Source of the DNA: Longimicrobiales bacterium | GTDB taxonomy: Bacteria > Gemmatimonadota > Gemmatimonadetes > Longimicrobiales > Gaopeijiaceae | Length of the DNA: 64,000 nt | Direction of reading: 5' to 3' | Assembly (NCBI GenBank): GCA_965226375.1 | Contig: CBDDCX010000008.1 | Span: forward strand, 96,001-160,000 | Part shown: positions 51,965 to 62,012 of the stretch, one piece after another | How the letters are laid out: each line of letters begins with the position of its first letter | Numbering within the stretch: position 1 is the first letter of the stretch | Notes under the pieces: generated by a model | Told to the model about the DNA's origin: nothing | Database searches by the model: none | The model's input: only the letters and a program-made list of their open reading frames with translations | Made by a program: the position numbers and the translations under genes

Positions 51965-52276
51965 ATCTGGGAATAGCGATCCCGCCTGGGCTGTCTAGCG
52001 GCCTGGTACCAGCCAGCATCAGCCTCTCTTGGGTGGGCAGGCGCAGGTGATGGTGGCGAAGGGGGATGCAGGAGCGAGGTGGACCAGTGCGGCAGCTGGC
52101 TGGTCAGCTTGGTCCCTCAGGTGCTTATACATTCAGCACAAGCGTAAAGCGGGGTGTAGGTGCCACGGGAAGACCTTGGGATCCGTGTAGACGACGGGCA
52201 TTGGACATACCCCCCGCTTGGCGGTGAAGTTGAGCGAGCGGTCGGCAGAGCCTCTCGGCACGCGGAGAATTCGACC

Positions 52277-55135
52277 TTGACCCCAAACGAGTTCATTGCG
52301 AAGTGGCACGCCTCGGAGTTGAAGGAGCGCTCTGCGGCGCAGGAGCACTTCATCGACCTGTGCCGGCTGCTCGGCGAACCCACGCCAGCCGAGGCCGACC
52401 CGAGGGGCGACCACTACTGCTTCGAGCGCGGAGCGCACAAGGACACCGGCGGGGAGGGCTGGGCGGACGTGTGGAAGCGGCACTGCTTCGCCTGGGAGTA
52501 CAAGGGGAAGCACGCCGACCTAGATGCCGCGTTCAACCAGCTGAGGCAGTACGCCCTGGCCCTGGAGAACCCGCCTCTGCTGATCGTCTCGGACATGCGC
52601 CGGTTCCGGATCCGGACGAACTGGACGAACTCCGTGAGCAAGACGCACGAGTTCGGACTGGACGATCTCGTGGACGCGGCCGTTAGGGACAAGCTCAAGT
52701 GGGCGATGTCGGACCCGGAGCGACTGAGGCCGGGCGAGACGCGGCAGACGCTGACGGAACGGGCCGCCAAGACCTTCGCGGAGCTTGCGCAGTCGCTCCG
52801 GGACCGTGGCCATGCGCCGGAGGAGGTCGCCCACTTCGTCAACCGGCTCGTGTTCTGCATGTTCGCCGAGGACGTGGGATTGCTTCCCGACGACATGTTC
52901 ACCCGCATGCTGACGCAGGCGCGCCGACAACCGGAGAAGTTCGAGGACGGGGCGCGGAAGCTGTTCGGAGCGATGTCCACGGGCGGTCAGGTGGGCTTCG
53001 AGGGCGTGGAGTGGTTCAACGGCGGGCTGTTCGAGGATGACGCGACGCTCCCCATGGACAAGGACCAGATCGAGACGACCCTGAAGGCGTCCGCACTCGA
53101 CTGGTCGAGCATCGATCCCTCGATACTCGGCACGCTGTTCGAGCGGGGCCTGGACCCGGACAAGCGCTCGCAACTCGGGGCGCACTACACGGACCGGGAC
53201 AAGATCATGCGGATCATCGATCCGGTGATCGTTCGCCCGCTCCTCGCCGAGTGGAAGACCGCCAAGGCACGGATCGCCGACAGCGTGGAACGCGCCGGAT
53301 CCGCCAAGTCGCAGGCCGCGGCGACGCAGCACCGCGGCCGGGCAAAGAACGCGCTCGGGGCGGTTCTCGAACGGCTGCGGACCTTCACCGTCCTCGACCC
53401 CGCCTGCGGCTCGGGAAACTTCCTGTATCTGGCGCTCCACGCCCTCCACGACTTGGAGCACCGGGTGCAGCTGGAGGCCGAGGCCATGGGGCTTGAACGC
53501 GCCTTTCCCAACGTCGGTCCCGCCAACGTGAAGGGAATCGAGGTGAACGCCTACGCGGCTGAACTGGCGCGCGTGTCGGTGTGGATCGGGGAGATCCAGT
53601 GGATGCGCCGCAACGGGTTCCCGGGCTCGCGGCAGCCGATCCTCGATCCCTTGGAGACGATCGAATGCCGCGATGCGATCCTGACCCCGGATGGTGCCGA
53701 GCCAGAATGGCCGACGGCGGATGTCGTGATTGGTAACCCGCCGTTTCTGGGTGCCAGACTTCAAGTCTGGACACTCAACGAAGACTACGTGTCTCGACTT
53801 CGCAGAGCCTACAGCGGACGCGTGCCAGGCGGGGCGGATCTAGTTTGCTACTGGTTCGTCAAGGCCGGAGAACATGTGGGCCGTGGAGCCTCGACCCGTG
53901 TTGGTCTGGTCGCGACCAACTCGATCCGGGGCGGAGCGAACCGCCGGGCGCTGGAGACGGCGACGGAGGGCAGGCCGATCTTCGACGCTTGGAGCGACGA
54001 GCCATGGGTGATCGACGGCGCGGCCGTTCGCGTCTCGCTCGTGTGCTTCGCGAAAGCGGACGACGCACTCGCGCCGGAGCGTCGGCTCGACGGTGGGACC
54101 GTGGATGAGATCTACATGGACCTGACGGCGGCCAGGCGAGGGCAGGCCGGTGTTGACCTGACGAAGGCCCGGCGCCTCGCCCGGAACGCGGGTGTGGCCT
54201 TCATGGGCCACGCGAAGGGCGGCCCCTTCGACATTTCGGGCGATCTGGCGCGCGAATGGCTCCGCCTGCCCGCCAACCCGAACGGCCGGACCAATGCCGA
54301 TGTCCTGAAGCCGTGGATGAACGGCATGGACCTAACCAAGCGGCCGGCAGGGAAATGGATCGTCGACTTCGGATGGACTATGTCGGAAAGCGACGCGGCG
54401 CTGTACGAAGAGCCGTTCCGGTGGGTTCAGGATCGCGTCTATCCGATGCGTCAACGGAACCCACGCGAAGCGCGCCGCAAGTACTGGTACCGCCACATGG
54501 ATCCACCACAAAGCATGTGGCGGGCGCTCGACGGCCTGTCCCGCTACGTCGCGACGGCACGGGTTGCCAAGCACCGGCTGTTCGCCTGGTGCGACACGCG
54601 CATCTGTCCGGATCAGCAACTGATCGTCATCGCCCGCGAGGACGACACCACGTTCGGGATCCTCCACAGCCGCTTCCACGAGGTCTGGTCGCTCCGCAAA
54701 GGGACCAGCCTGGAGGACCGTCCGCGCTACACCCCCACCACCACCTTTGAAACCTTCCCCTTCCCGGAGGGACTCTCACCCGACGTGGCCGCCGGCGACT
54801 ACCTCACGGATCCACGCGCCCAGGCCATCGCTTCGGCGGCCCGGCGGCTCGTCGAAATCCGCGACCGCTGGCTCAACCCGCCCGAGTGGGTGGAATGGGT
54901 CGAGGAGCCCGTCCCCGGCTATCCTCCACGCCCGGTACCGCGTGACGAGAAGGCTGCGACAGCGATCAAGAAGCGGACCCTGACCAACCTCTACAACGCC
55001 CGGCCACAATGGCTCGTCGACGCGCACGCCCAGCTCGACGACGCCGTGGCCGCGGCGTACGGCTGGCCCAGCGAGATCACGGATGACACGGCGCTACGTA
55101 AGCTACTCGCCCGAAACCGCTCGGACGGTCCCTGA
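52277..55135 (+). CDS. MmeI-like Type IIG/IIL fused restriction endonuclease / N6-adenine methyltransferase
   Basis: N-terminal WADVW...WEYK PD-(D/E)xK-like motif; LGAHYT, VLDPACGSGNFL, GNPPF; RYTPTTTFETFPFP; RTLTNLYN. Confidence 0.88.
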   Translation: MTPNEFIAKWHASELKERSAAQEHFIDLCRLLGEPTPAEADPRGDHYCFERGAHKDTGGEGWADVWKRHCFAWEYKGKHADLDAAFNQLRQYALALENPPLLIVSDMRRFRIRTNWTNSVSKTHEFGLDDLVDAAVRDKLKWAMSDPERLRPGETRQTLTERAAKTFAELAQSLRDRGHAPEEVAHFVNRLVFCMFAEDVGLLPDDMFTRMLTQARRQPEKFEDGARKLFGAMSTGGQVGFEGVEWFNGGLFEDDATLPMDKDQIETTLKASALDWSSIDPSILGTLFERGLDPDKRSQLGAHYTDRDKIMRIIDPVIVRPLLAEWKTAKARIADSVERAGSAKSQAAATQHRGRAKNALGAVLERLRTFTVLDPACGSGNFLYLALHALHDLEHRVQLEAEAMGLERAFPNVGPANVKGIEVNAYAAELARVSVWIGEIQWMRRNGFPGSRQPILDPLETIECRDAILTPDGAEPEWPTADVVIGNPPFLGARLQVWTLNEDYVSRLRRAYSGRVPGGADLVCYWFVKAGEHVGRGASTRVGLVATNSIRGGANRRALETATEGRPIFDAWSDEPWVIDGAAVRVSLVCFAKADDALAPERRLDGGTVDEIYMDLTAARRGQAGVDLTKARRLARNAGVAFMGHAKGGPFDISGDLAREWLRLPANPNGRTNADVLKPWMNGMDLTKRPAGKWIVDFGWTMSESDAALYEEPFRWVQDRVYPMRQRNPREARRKYWYRHMDPPQSMWRALDGLSRYVATARVAKHRLFAWCDTRICPDQQLIVIAREDDTTFGILHSRFHEVWSLRKGTSLEDRPRYTPTTTFETFPFPEGLSPDVAAGDYLTDPRAQAIASAARRLVEIRDRWLNPPEWVEWVEEPVPGYPPRPVPRDEKAATAIKKRTLTNLYNARPQWLVDAHAQLDDAVAAAYGWPSEITDDTALRKLLARNRSDGP

Positions 55136-56238
55136 CGGCAGGCACATCATCTCGGATACCCACAAGTGCCGAATCACCCCGAGGGCAGCGCTCGAAATCA
55201 CCGAGGTCCAAGATACGGTCGAAAGCTCGTGCGCCCTGGATGACTCGCAGGATGACGATGGGTGAACTCTGCCAGGCGAAGGAGCACGATCCAGTCGAAT
55301 GCCCGCCACCACGGACTTCAATGAGGCCGGCGGCAAAGGACAGATAGTGTGTCCGGAGGACGACGGGTCGGTATCGTTAGAGCTTGAGCGGTTCGCAGAG
55401 ATGTACGACGGGCCACTCGACTACTTCTTTCCAGACAGATCCCCTGACTAGGTAGACCTGGTAGATACTGGTAGTCGGGGCATTACCAGGTCAGAACCCC
55501 CGTCCGGTGCGGCTTCTGGGCCGCCTGGTAGTCGTCTGGGGGAAGAGAGGGGGAGGCCAGAGTCCGGCCCGGCGTTGGCCTCCCCGCATTTGGAGTAAAC
55601 TCAGTGCTCCCTAAATGGGCACCGAGTATCCCGTGGGACGGGGACGCAGAGGAGGCGTGCTCGTGGAGAATCGGACGAGCCGCCGCACTCCGACTGCCGA
55701 CCTGGAACCATGAGAAGGGGCTTCAGACCACCGAAACCCCAAAATCGGGGCTCTCCCCCCAACATTTCTCCCATCATATATCCTGCGAGCCGCGTCATGA
55801 CGGGCTCTGCGCCGCGTGGAGAATGCGGCGTGTCACATCCAGGAGCAGCCAGGCCTTCCTGGGAGCCCCAACCGCAAGTACCCATCGTGACGGAGCGAGC
55901 CAAGGATGCTCACAACGCGGTTCAGCTCTTGGGTGATGACGGAGACGACATGTATAACGTCGAGCCACACATGCTCGATACGGGTACGGACTTCGCTCTT
56001 CTCCAGCAGGCCACTGAGCTTCCGAGGGGAGGACCGGAAACCCTGGGGATCTCTGGCATATCAACCTGAGGCCGAGCAAGTCCGCTCATCTTGCACCTTT
56101 TTCGCCTGAGTTCCTACTACGCGCCGTGACCCTGGCGTGTCCGGCGGAGGTCCGGCCGATTTGGGCTAAGCGGCTACACGCTCAACCTGGCGGGAGATTT
56201 GGCGAAGGAAGAAACGAAGCTGGCGGAGTTTCTTGAGA

Positions 56239-56610
56239 CGAGTTCTACAGCCACTTCCTCGAGGACCGCGGATCATCCTGGGCCGAGCTCGTTGACGACG
56301 TCGAAGCGCTGAGCACGCTGGGGCTCCTGTGGATCACGACTACCACTCCATCTCCGAGCCGAAATCGGCGTTCTCGGACTTGGAGCACCGCGGGCTGCTC
56401 AGCCAGCGCGTGGGAGACCCGATCGAGCCCGGGAGCGAAGAAGAGCCCTACGTGCCCGACGTGGGTACCCGGGCGCGCGCCCGAGCGAGGTTCATCCGGG
56501 AGCATTCGAACCGATCCGATCTGATCATGACCTGGGATCGGGTATTTGAGCGCAGCAGTCAGCGCGTGAGGACGCTGTTCGATCCGTTTGCGAAAGCGTA
56601 TGCGGGGTAG
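56239..56610 (+). pseudogene. C-terminal fragment of a PafA/Dop (Pup ligase/deamidase) family protein, frameshifted near 56329
   Basis: L-DHDYHSI...F..LEHRGLL...TRARARARFI...WDRV...RTLFDPF parallels the PafA tail DLxYH...L..KGL...TRAxxRGxFI...DW...DPF. Confidence 0.55.
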
Positions 56611-57173
56611 GAGTGGTAGGAGGGGTGCGAAGGGCAAGAAGCGTAGGAAGAGTGAAAAGAGTGGGAAGAGTGGCGAAGGTAGGAAGGGTGGCAAGGGTAG
56701 AAAGTCCGACCCGGTCGCGCGTCTCAAGGCGGGCCTGGTCACACGCTATGAACGTTCCAGTGTTGACGACCTCGTCCGCTGCCCGTTCTGCAAGGCTGAG
56801 ATCTCGTCCACCGCCCGGAAGTGCCGCTATTGTAGTGAGTGGGTAGCAGGGCGGTGCCGGCAGTGCGGTGCGGGGATCAGGGGTAGATGGGCGGCTCACT
56901 CACTCTGCGCGAACTGTGAACAAGCCGTTCCTCCTGCGAACCCCCCGCAGGTATTCCAGCACATTACCGCAACGGGGGGCCTGAGGTCGTGCGCTCGGTG
57001 CGGTATCCAGACCATGCACTTCCAACAAAAGCCGAATCCACATCCTCCACCTGCTGCTCACGGTCTTCACCGTCGGCATCTGGCTTCCCGTATGGGCGCT
57101 CGTCGGTTTCTTGCGAGAGAAGCCACAGTGTGGTGTGTGCGGTAGGAAACCCGGCTTGTTCGGATCCCGGTAG
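56588..57173 (+). pseudogene. Multi zinc-ribbon protein with LITAF-like membrane hairpin; +1 frameshift near 57038, start uncertain
   Basis: CPFC, CRYC, CRQC, CANC, CARC; removing one C gives KPNHILHLLLTVFTVGIWLPVWALVGFLREKPQCGVCG*. Confidence 0.6.
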
Positions 57174-57210
57174 CGGTCGGAGACAGGCGGCGAGACGCGC
57201 CCGCGTCCCC

Positions 57211-58884
57211 CTAGCGCATTCCGGGAGGGGCGACCCGGCGCATCGTCGCCTGCTCGAACGCGTAAGCAAGCTCGATCAGCCGCGGCTCGCTGCACTCCAT
57301 CCCTGCGAAGCTCACGCCGAAGGGGCGGGGCTTGGCGTCGAACCCCTCCGGCATCGGTGGGCCGCCCGCGTCCTCGAGGAATCCGAACGGCACGATCACC
57401 GTCGGATAGCCGGGCCGGGCGGAGATGCTGGCGCCGCTCGACCCCGGGAAGAGGAGCGCGTCCAACTCGAGGCCGATCATCACCTCGTCGATCCCGTGCT
57501 CGCCGTTCAGGTACAGGTCGCGCGCGCGATCGGCCTCGTATTCGGCACGGTCTTCGTCCAGGTCGATCTCGTCGGACCCATCGAGTCGGGCCTGAGCATA
57601 CTTGAGGGAGCCGGCTCCCTCGTGAGCCAGGTTCCACTCGCGCAGCTCGGTGAGCGTCCCGACGGGCGCGGACTCGCCCAGCGTCGCGAGCCACGCGTTG
57701 AAGTCCCGCTTCATCCCGTAGTTGAGCACGCTGCTGCCCCCGCTCGCGAGCAGGTTGTTCGCGGGATCCGGGTCGATCACGCTGGGGATGTCCGCCGGAT
57801 CGACGATCGTCGCCCCTTGCGCCATGAGGATCTCGATCGCCTCGGCCATCACCACCCTTCCCTCGTCCGACAGCCTGTTCTGGAACCGGTCGGTTCCGGG
57901 GACCCGAACCGAGTCGTAATACGAGGCCCGAGGGATGCCGATGCGGGCTCCCTGCAGTCCGTCGGCCCGGAGAAACGCCGTGTAGTCTCCGTTCAGCGGA
58001 GGCTCGCAGCGCAACGTTGCGGCGTCGTTCGGATCCGGCTCCGTGCCCTCGAGTGCCCCGAGGAAGATCGCCGCGTCGGTGACGGTCCGCGCCATGGGGC
58101 CGGCGATGTCCTGATCGGCTGTGATCGGGATCACGCCATAGCGGCTCACACGCCCGACCGTGGGCTTGACCCCCGCCAGCATATTCGCGTTCGCCGGCGA
58201 CAGGATCGAGCCCGAGGTCTCGGTGCCCACGTTCACGGCCCAGAAGCTCATCGCGGTGCCGATGCCGGAGCTCGAGCCGCCGGTCCCCATCACGGGGCGA
58301 CCGTCGTTTCGGCCCTCCCGCGGATCACGGCGGGGGTCGTATGGGTTCAGGCCGAAGCCCCCGACCGCGCTGTAGTTCCCAGGCATGCCCGCGGCGGTGA
58401 AGTTCGCGAGCTCGGTCATCACCGTCTTCGCGAGAATTATGGCGCCGGCCTCGCGGAGGTTCGTGGTCAGCGTGGCCTCGTACGGGGGGACGAATCCCTC
58501 GAAGGCCAGGGCACCCCCGGTGGTCGGCATGTGGGTAGTGTGCACGTTGTCCTTGAGGGCGACCGGGACGCCGTGGAGCGGACCGCGCACGCGACCCTCG
58601 GCGCGCTCCTGGTCGAGTCGGTCCGCTTCCGTGAGCGCGTTGGCGTTGATCGCGATCGCCGCGTTCACGCGCTCCTCATAGAGGGCGATGCGCAGGAGGT
58701 GGGCCTCCACCAATGCCCGCGAAGTAAGGCGCCCTTCCTCCATCGCGCGCTGCATCTCGGGGATGGTCGCCTCGACGACGACGAAGCGCTCCTCGCCCGT
58801 GTCGGGCGACGTGCAGGACGAAAGCAACGCTCCCAGCAAACCGGCGACGAGCACAAGGCCGGGACGATTCTTGAACATGGTCAT
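57211..58884 (-). CDS. Amidase signature family lipoprotein
   Basis: LSSC lipobox; GVPVALKDN, GGSSSG, GTETSGSILSPA, GVKPTVG. Confidence 0.92.
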   Translation of the reverse strand: MTMFKNRPGLVLVAGLLGALLSSCTSPDTGEERFVVVEATIPEMQRAMEEGRLTSRALVEAHLLRIALYEERVNAAIAINANALTEADRLDQERAEGRVRGPLHGVPVALKDNVHTTHMPTTGGALAFEGFVPPYEATLTTNLREAGAIILAKTVMTELANFTAAGMPGNYSAVGGFGLNPYDPRRDPREGRNDGRPVMGTGGSSSGIGTAMSFWAVNVGTETSGSILSPANANMLAGVKPTVGRVSRYGVIPITADQDIAGPMARTVTDAAIFLGALEGTEPDPNDAATLRCEPPLNGDYTAFLRADGLQGARIGIPRASYYDSVRVPGTDRFQNRLSDEGRVVMAEAIEILMAQGATIVDPADIPSVIDPDPANNLLASGGSSVLNYGMKRDFNAWLATLGESAPVGTLTELREWNLAHEGAGSLKYAQARLDGSDEIDLDEDRAEYEADRARDLYLNGEHGIDEVMIGLELDALLFPGSSGASISARPGYPTVIVPFGFLEDAGGPPMPEGFDAKPRPFGVSFAGMECSEPRLIELAYAFEQATMRRVAPPGMR

Positions 58885-58944
58885 GGGCTAGCTCCCTCGG
58901 AACCGGACACCAGATGAGCCTTTTCGAGGCCGCCCTGGACGCCC

Positions 58945-59889
58945 TCAGTGCGCCCCGGTCAGCTCCTCACTCAGCCTGCGAAGCTTGGCGCGAGCCTCCT
59001 CGTCGTACGCCTGGGCGTTCGCACGCGCGGGCCGCAGGCGATTGAAGTAGCCGCCACTGCCGATATCGGGTGAGGTGATCAGCTGCATCACCGCGTCCGC
59101 CCCTTCGCCGACAGTGGCCCTCGGCGTGAGCCCCGCCCTCCTCACCATCCCCGTGTCCATGTAGGTAGCCGGATGCAGCGCGTTCACGACCACGTCCGTT
59201 CCCGCCAGCTCTTCGGCGAGGTCGATCGTGAACATGACTTGAGCGAGCTTGCTCTGGGCGTACGCGCGACCACCGCTGAAATTGTTCTCGATCATCACGT
59301 CGTCGAAGTCGATCGGCTGCTGAGCACCCGACGACACGTTGACAATGCGTGAGGGGGCGTTCGCGCGGAGTCGAGGCAAGAACATCCGGGTGAGGAGGAA
59401 GTGCGAGAGGTGGTTCACCTGGAAGCGCAGCTCGAGCCCATCCTCCGAGATCATCCGCTCATCGGGAGCCCTGCCGAAGCCGGCGTTGTTGACGAGCACA
59501 TCGAGTCGGTCATAGTCGCGCAGGATCGTCTCACCGAACTCCCGGACCTGGTCGAACGATGAGAGGTCCGCGGCGTAGAAGCGCGCGTTCCCAACCCCCT
59601 CGCTCTCGATCGCCTCGACGACCTCCATCCCTCGGTCACGGTTCCGGCCGTGGACGATGACGAAGGCACCCATCGACCCGAGCCTGCGCGCGACCTCGCG
59701 CCCCAGTCCGCTCGTCGAGCCCGTGACGAGCACAACCTGCTGCCCAGGTCGGGGGCTCGGCGCCTGCGCGTCGACGGTCGGTGCGCTCACGGCCAACGCG
59801 CATGACAGACCGGCCGAGAGCATGGCGAAGCGTAGCGTACGCGGTGAGGGTGATGTCCTCTCGTATGTAACGCTCTTGCTCAGGTCCAT
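58945..59889 (-). CDS. Short-chain dehydrogenase/reductase
   Basis: TGSTSGLG, NNAG, YAQSK. Confidence 0.92.
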   Translation of the reverse strand: MDLSKSVTYERTSPSPRTLRFAMLSAGLSCALAVSAPTVDAQAPSPRPGQQVVLVTGSTSGLGREVARRLGSMGAFVIVHGRNRDRGMEVVEAIESEGVGNARFYAADLSSFDQVREFGETILRDYDRLDVLVNNAGFGRAPDERMISEDGLELRFQVNHLSHFLLTRMFLPRLRANAPSRIVNVSSGAQQPIDFDDVMIENNFSGGRAYAQSKLAQVMFTIDLAEELAGTDVVVNALHPATYMDTGMVRRAGLTPRATVGEGADAVMQLITSPDIGSGGYFNRLRPARANAQAYDEEARAKLRRLSEELTGAH

Positions 59890-60049
59890 GTGCCTACTGC
59901 TCCTTCCTCTCGGTCTCTGCCTCGTTTCTCGGTCCTGAATAGCGGTGCCGCGCTCCCAGAAATCAAGCTCGACAGGACGCCCATCGGGGGCTTGAGCTAC
60001 GCTTCCAGCGCCCCCGCGCGGCCATCCTCCAGGGGTCGCTCCCGGTCCA

Positions 60050-60196
60050 TCAGTCCCTCGCGGGAAGGCCCTCTGCCTGCGCCGCGTCGGGTGTGCTGAG
60101 GTACAGATAGCGCTTCGTCTCGGATTGATCCTGCGCGTGCAGAGCCGCCGCGAACGCCGGAAAAAGGAAGACTGTCAGGAGAAAGAGTTTCCGCAT
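60050..60196 (-). pseudogene. 5' relic of a secreted protein (signal peptide plus first strand)
   Basis: AGGAGG RBS; MRKLFLLTVFLFPAFAAALHAQDQSETKRYLYLSTPDAAQ followed by an abrupt stop. Confidence 0.45.
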
Positions 60197-60349
60197 GAGA
60201 TGGCCTCCTGGTGAAGCGTTTGAGAACTCACCATGGACGCTGACGAGCGGGCTGGCAAGCATCAGCCGGTGCAAGGGATAGCGCGAGAGGCTTTTTCAAG
60301 AGATCATGAGGTCCATCTATCCGAACTCGTATATCCTGCACCCACAGCC

Positions 60350-60450
60350 CAGGCGAACCGATGCCCACTACGATGGCCAGCCGGTGGACCCGACCAACTG
60401 GACCCATCCCCCTTTCGAACCGACGTTCTATACGGCGGCGATGGAGGCCG
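60350..60450 (+). pseudogene. Internal fragment of an M20-family peptidase
   Basis: AHYDGQPVDPTNWTHPPFEPT motif with no surrounding domain. Confidence 0.5.
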
Positions 60451-60572
60451 GAGGGGAGCCGCGGATGTTTCCCGAGGAAGGGGAGGCGGTCCGGTGTCCC
60501 GTTAAGGAGCTCCACATGAATCGCCCCCTCGCCATGTCTGACGGCGTCACCCTACCGGCTGGTTCGACCTGA

Positions 60573-62012
60573 ATGGAAGGCCACGCCTATCCGTTGGAGC
60601 CCTCAACGGACCAGATGCGGGTGATGGTCGATAAGGCAGCCGAGCGGGTGATCGATCACATCGCTTCGCTACCGCGTCAACCGGCCTCCTACGACGAACA
60701 CGAGGCCGATGCACATGCCAGGGCGGCCGCACTTGCCGAGTCCCTCCCGGAGCGGGGCACCGACCTCGATGGGCTCTTGGACCTCCTGTTCCGGGAGGCG
60801 GTCCCGCTCTCCTACAACACGGCTGCACCGGGTTATCTCGCGTACATCCCGGGGGGTGGCGTCTTCCCGTCCGCGGTCGCCGACTTCATCGCGAACGCCG
60901 TGAATCGATACGTCGGGGTGTGGATTGCCGCACCGGGACTCGTGCAGCTCGAGCTGAACGTCGTTCGGTGGTTCTGTGAGATCATCGGCTATCCACCCAG
61001 CTCTGGTGGCATCCTCACCAGCGGCGGGTCCTTGGCGAACTTCACCGCGATGGTAACCGGGCGGAGGGAACGCCTTCCCGATGACTTCCTGGCCGGGACG
61101 ATCTACACCTCGGACCAAACCCATCATTCCGTTCGGAAGGCGGTGATCCTGGCGGGTTTTCGGGAGGAGAACGTTCGTGAGATCGCCACGAACGAGGACT
61201 ATGAGATACGCCTCGACGACTTGCGGCGGCGCATCGCCGAAGACCGGGAAGGCGGACTGCGACCCTTCATGCTCGTGACCAGCGCGGGCACCACGAACAC
61301 GGGGGCCGTCGACGATCTAGGTGGCGCCGCCGACGTAGCCGAAGACGAGGGACTGTGGCTGCATGTCGATGCGGCGTATGGCGGTTTCTTCATGCTTACG
61401 GAGCGAGGGCGGGAGGCCATGCGAGGCATCGAGCGGGCTGACTCGGTCGCGCTCGACCCGCATAAGGGGTTGTTTCTGCCGTACGGCAGCGGATCACTGC
61501 TTGTGCGTGATCCCGAGGCGCTGCGGCGGGCGCACACGACCTTCGCCGACTACATGCCGGAGATGCAGCAGGACGTCGACCTCGTCGACTTCTGTCAGAT
61601 ATCGCCCGAGCTGTCCCGGGACTTCAGGGGACTGCGAGCGTGGCTTCCCATCAAGCTCTTCGGAATCGATGCCTTTCGCTCGAGCCTCGATGAAAAGCTC
61701 GATCTCGCGCGGTGGGCTACCGACCAGCTCAGAGAGGTACCGGGCATGGAGATCCTCGCGGAGCCCCAGCTCTCCCTCACTGCCTTCCGTTGGGCTCCTG
61801 CAGGCTACTCCGAAGACGGACTGAACGACCTGAACCGCGACCTGCTCACTTGCGTCAACGCTCGACAGAACGTCTACCTCACCGGCACGATGCTTCGGGA
61901 CCGGTACGCCCTTCGGATCTGCGTGCTCTCATTCCGGACGCACCGCGACCGCATGGAACAGTGTGTCGTCGACATTCGGGAGTGCATGGAGGAGCTGACC
62001 AGGGCGGAATAG
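60573..62012 (+). CDS. Group II PLP-dependent (aromatic amino acid-type) decarboxylase
   Basis: SGGSLAN, HHSVRKA, GTTNTGAVD, WLHVDAAYGG, DPHKGLF. Confidence 0.9.
   Translation: MEGHAYPLEPSTDQMRVMVDKAAERVIDHIASLPRQPASYDEHEADAHARAAALAESLPERGTDLDGLLDLLFREAVPLSYNTAAPGYLAYIPGGGVFPSAVADFIANAVNRYVGVWIAAPGLVQLELNVVRWFCEIIGYPPSSGGILTSGGSLANFTAMVTGRRERLPDDFLAGTIYTSDQTHHSVRKAVILAGFREENVREIATNEDYEIRLDDLRRRIAEDREGGLRPFMLVTSAGTTNTGAVDDLGGAADVAEDEGLWLHVDAAYGGFFMLTERGREAMRGIERADSVALDPHKGLFLPYGSGSLLVRDPEALRRAHTTFADYMPEMQQDVDLVDFCQISPELSRDFRGLRAWLPIKLFGIDAFRSSLDEKLDLARWATDQLREVPGMEILAEPQLSLTAFRWAPAGYSEDGLNDLNRDLLTCVNARQNVYLTGTMLRDRYALRICVLSFRTHRDRMEQCVVDIRECMEELTRAE

Larger units (their letters stand above)
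44790..55535. mobile_element. Integrative element (satellite or integrated-plasmid-like) carrying defence cargo; boundaries approximate
   Basis: Coupled primase-xis-int genes, RM cargo, and related TACCAGG..CCTGGTA sites at ~44797, ~45484 and inverted at ~55448-55531. Confidence 0.65.

Noticed and set aside
55136..56238. Short ORFs between the RM gene and the PafA-like fragment
   Set aside because: No recognisable motifs or convincing starts; probably degraded sequence
56989..58917. 642-aa plus-strand ORF, and similar long ORFs at 52520-53764 and 36280-37509
   Set aside because: Antisense shadows of well-supported genes in high-GC DNA
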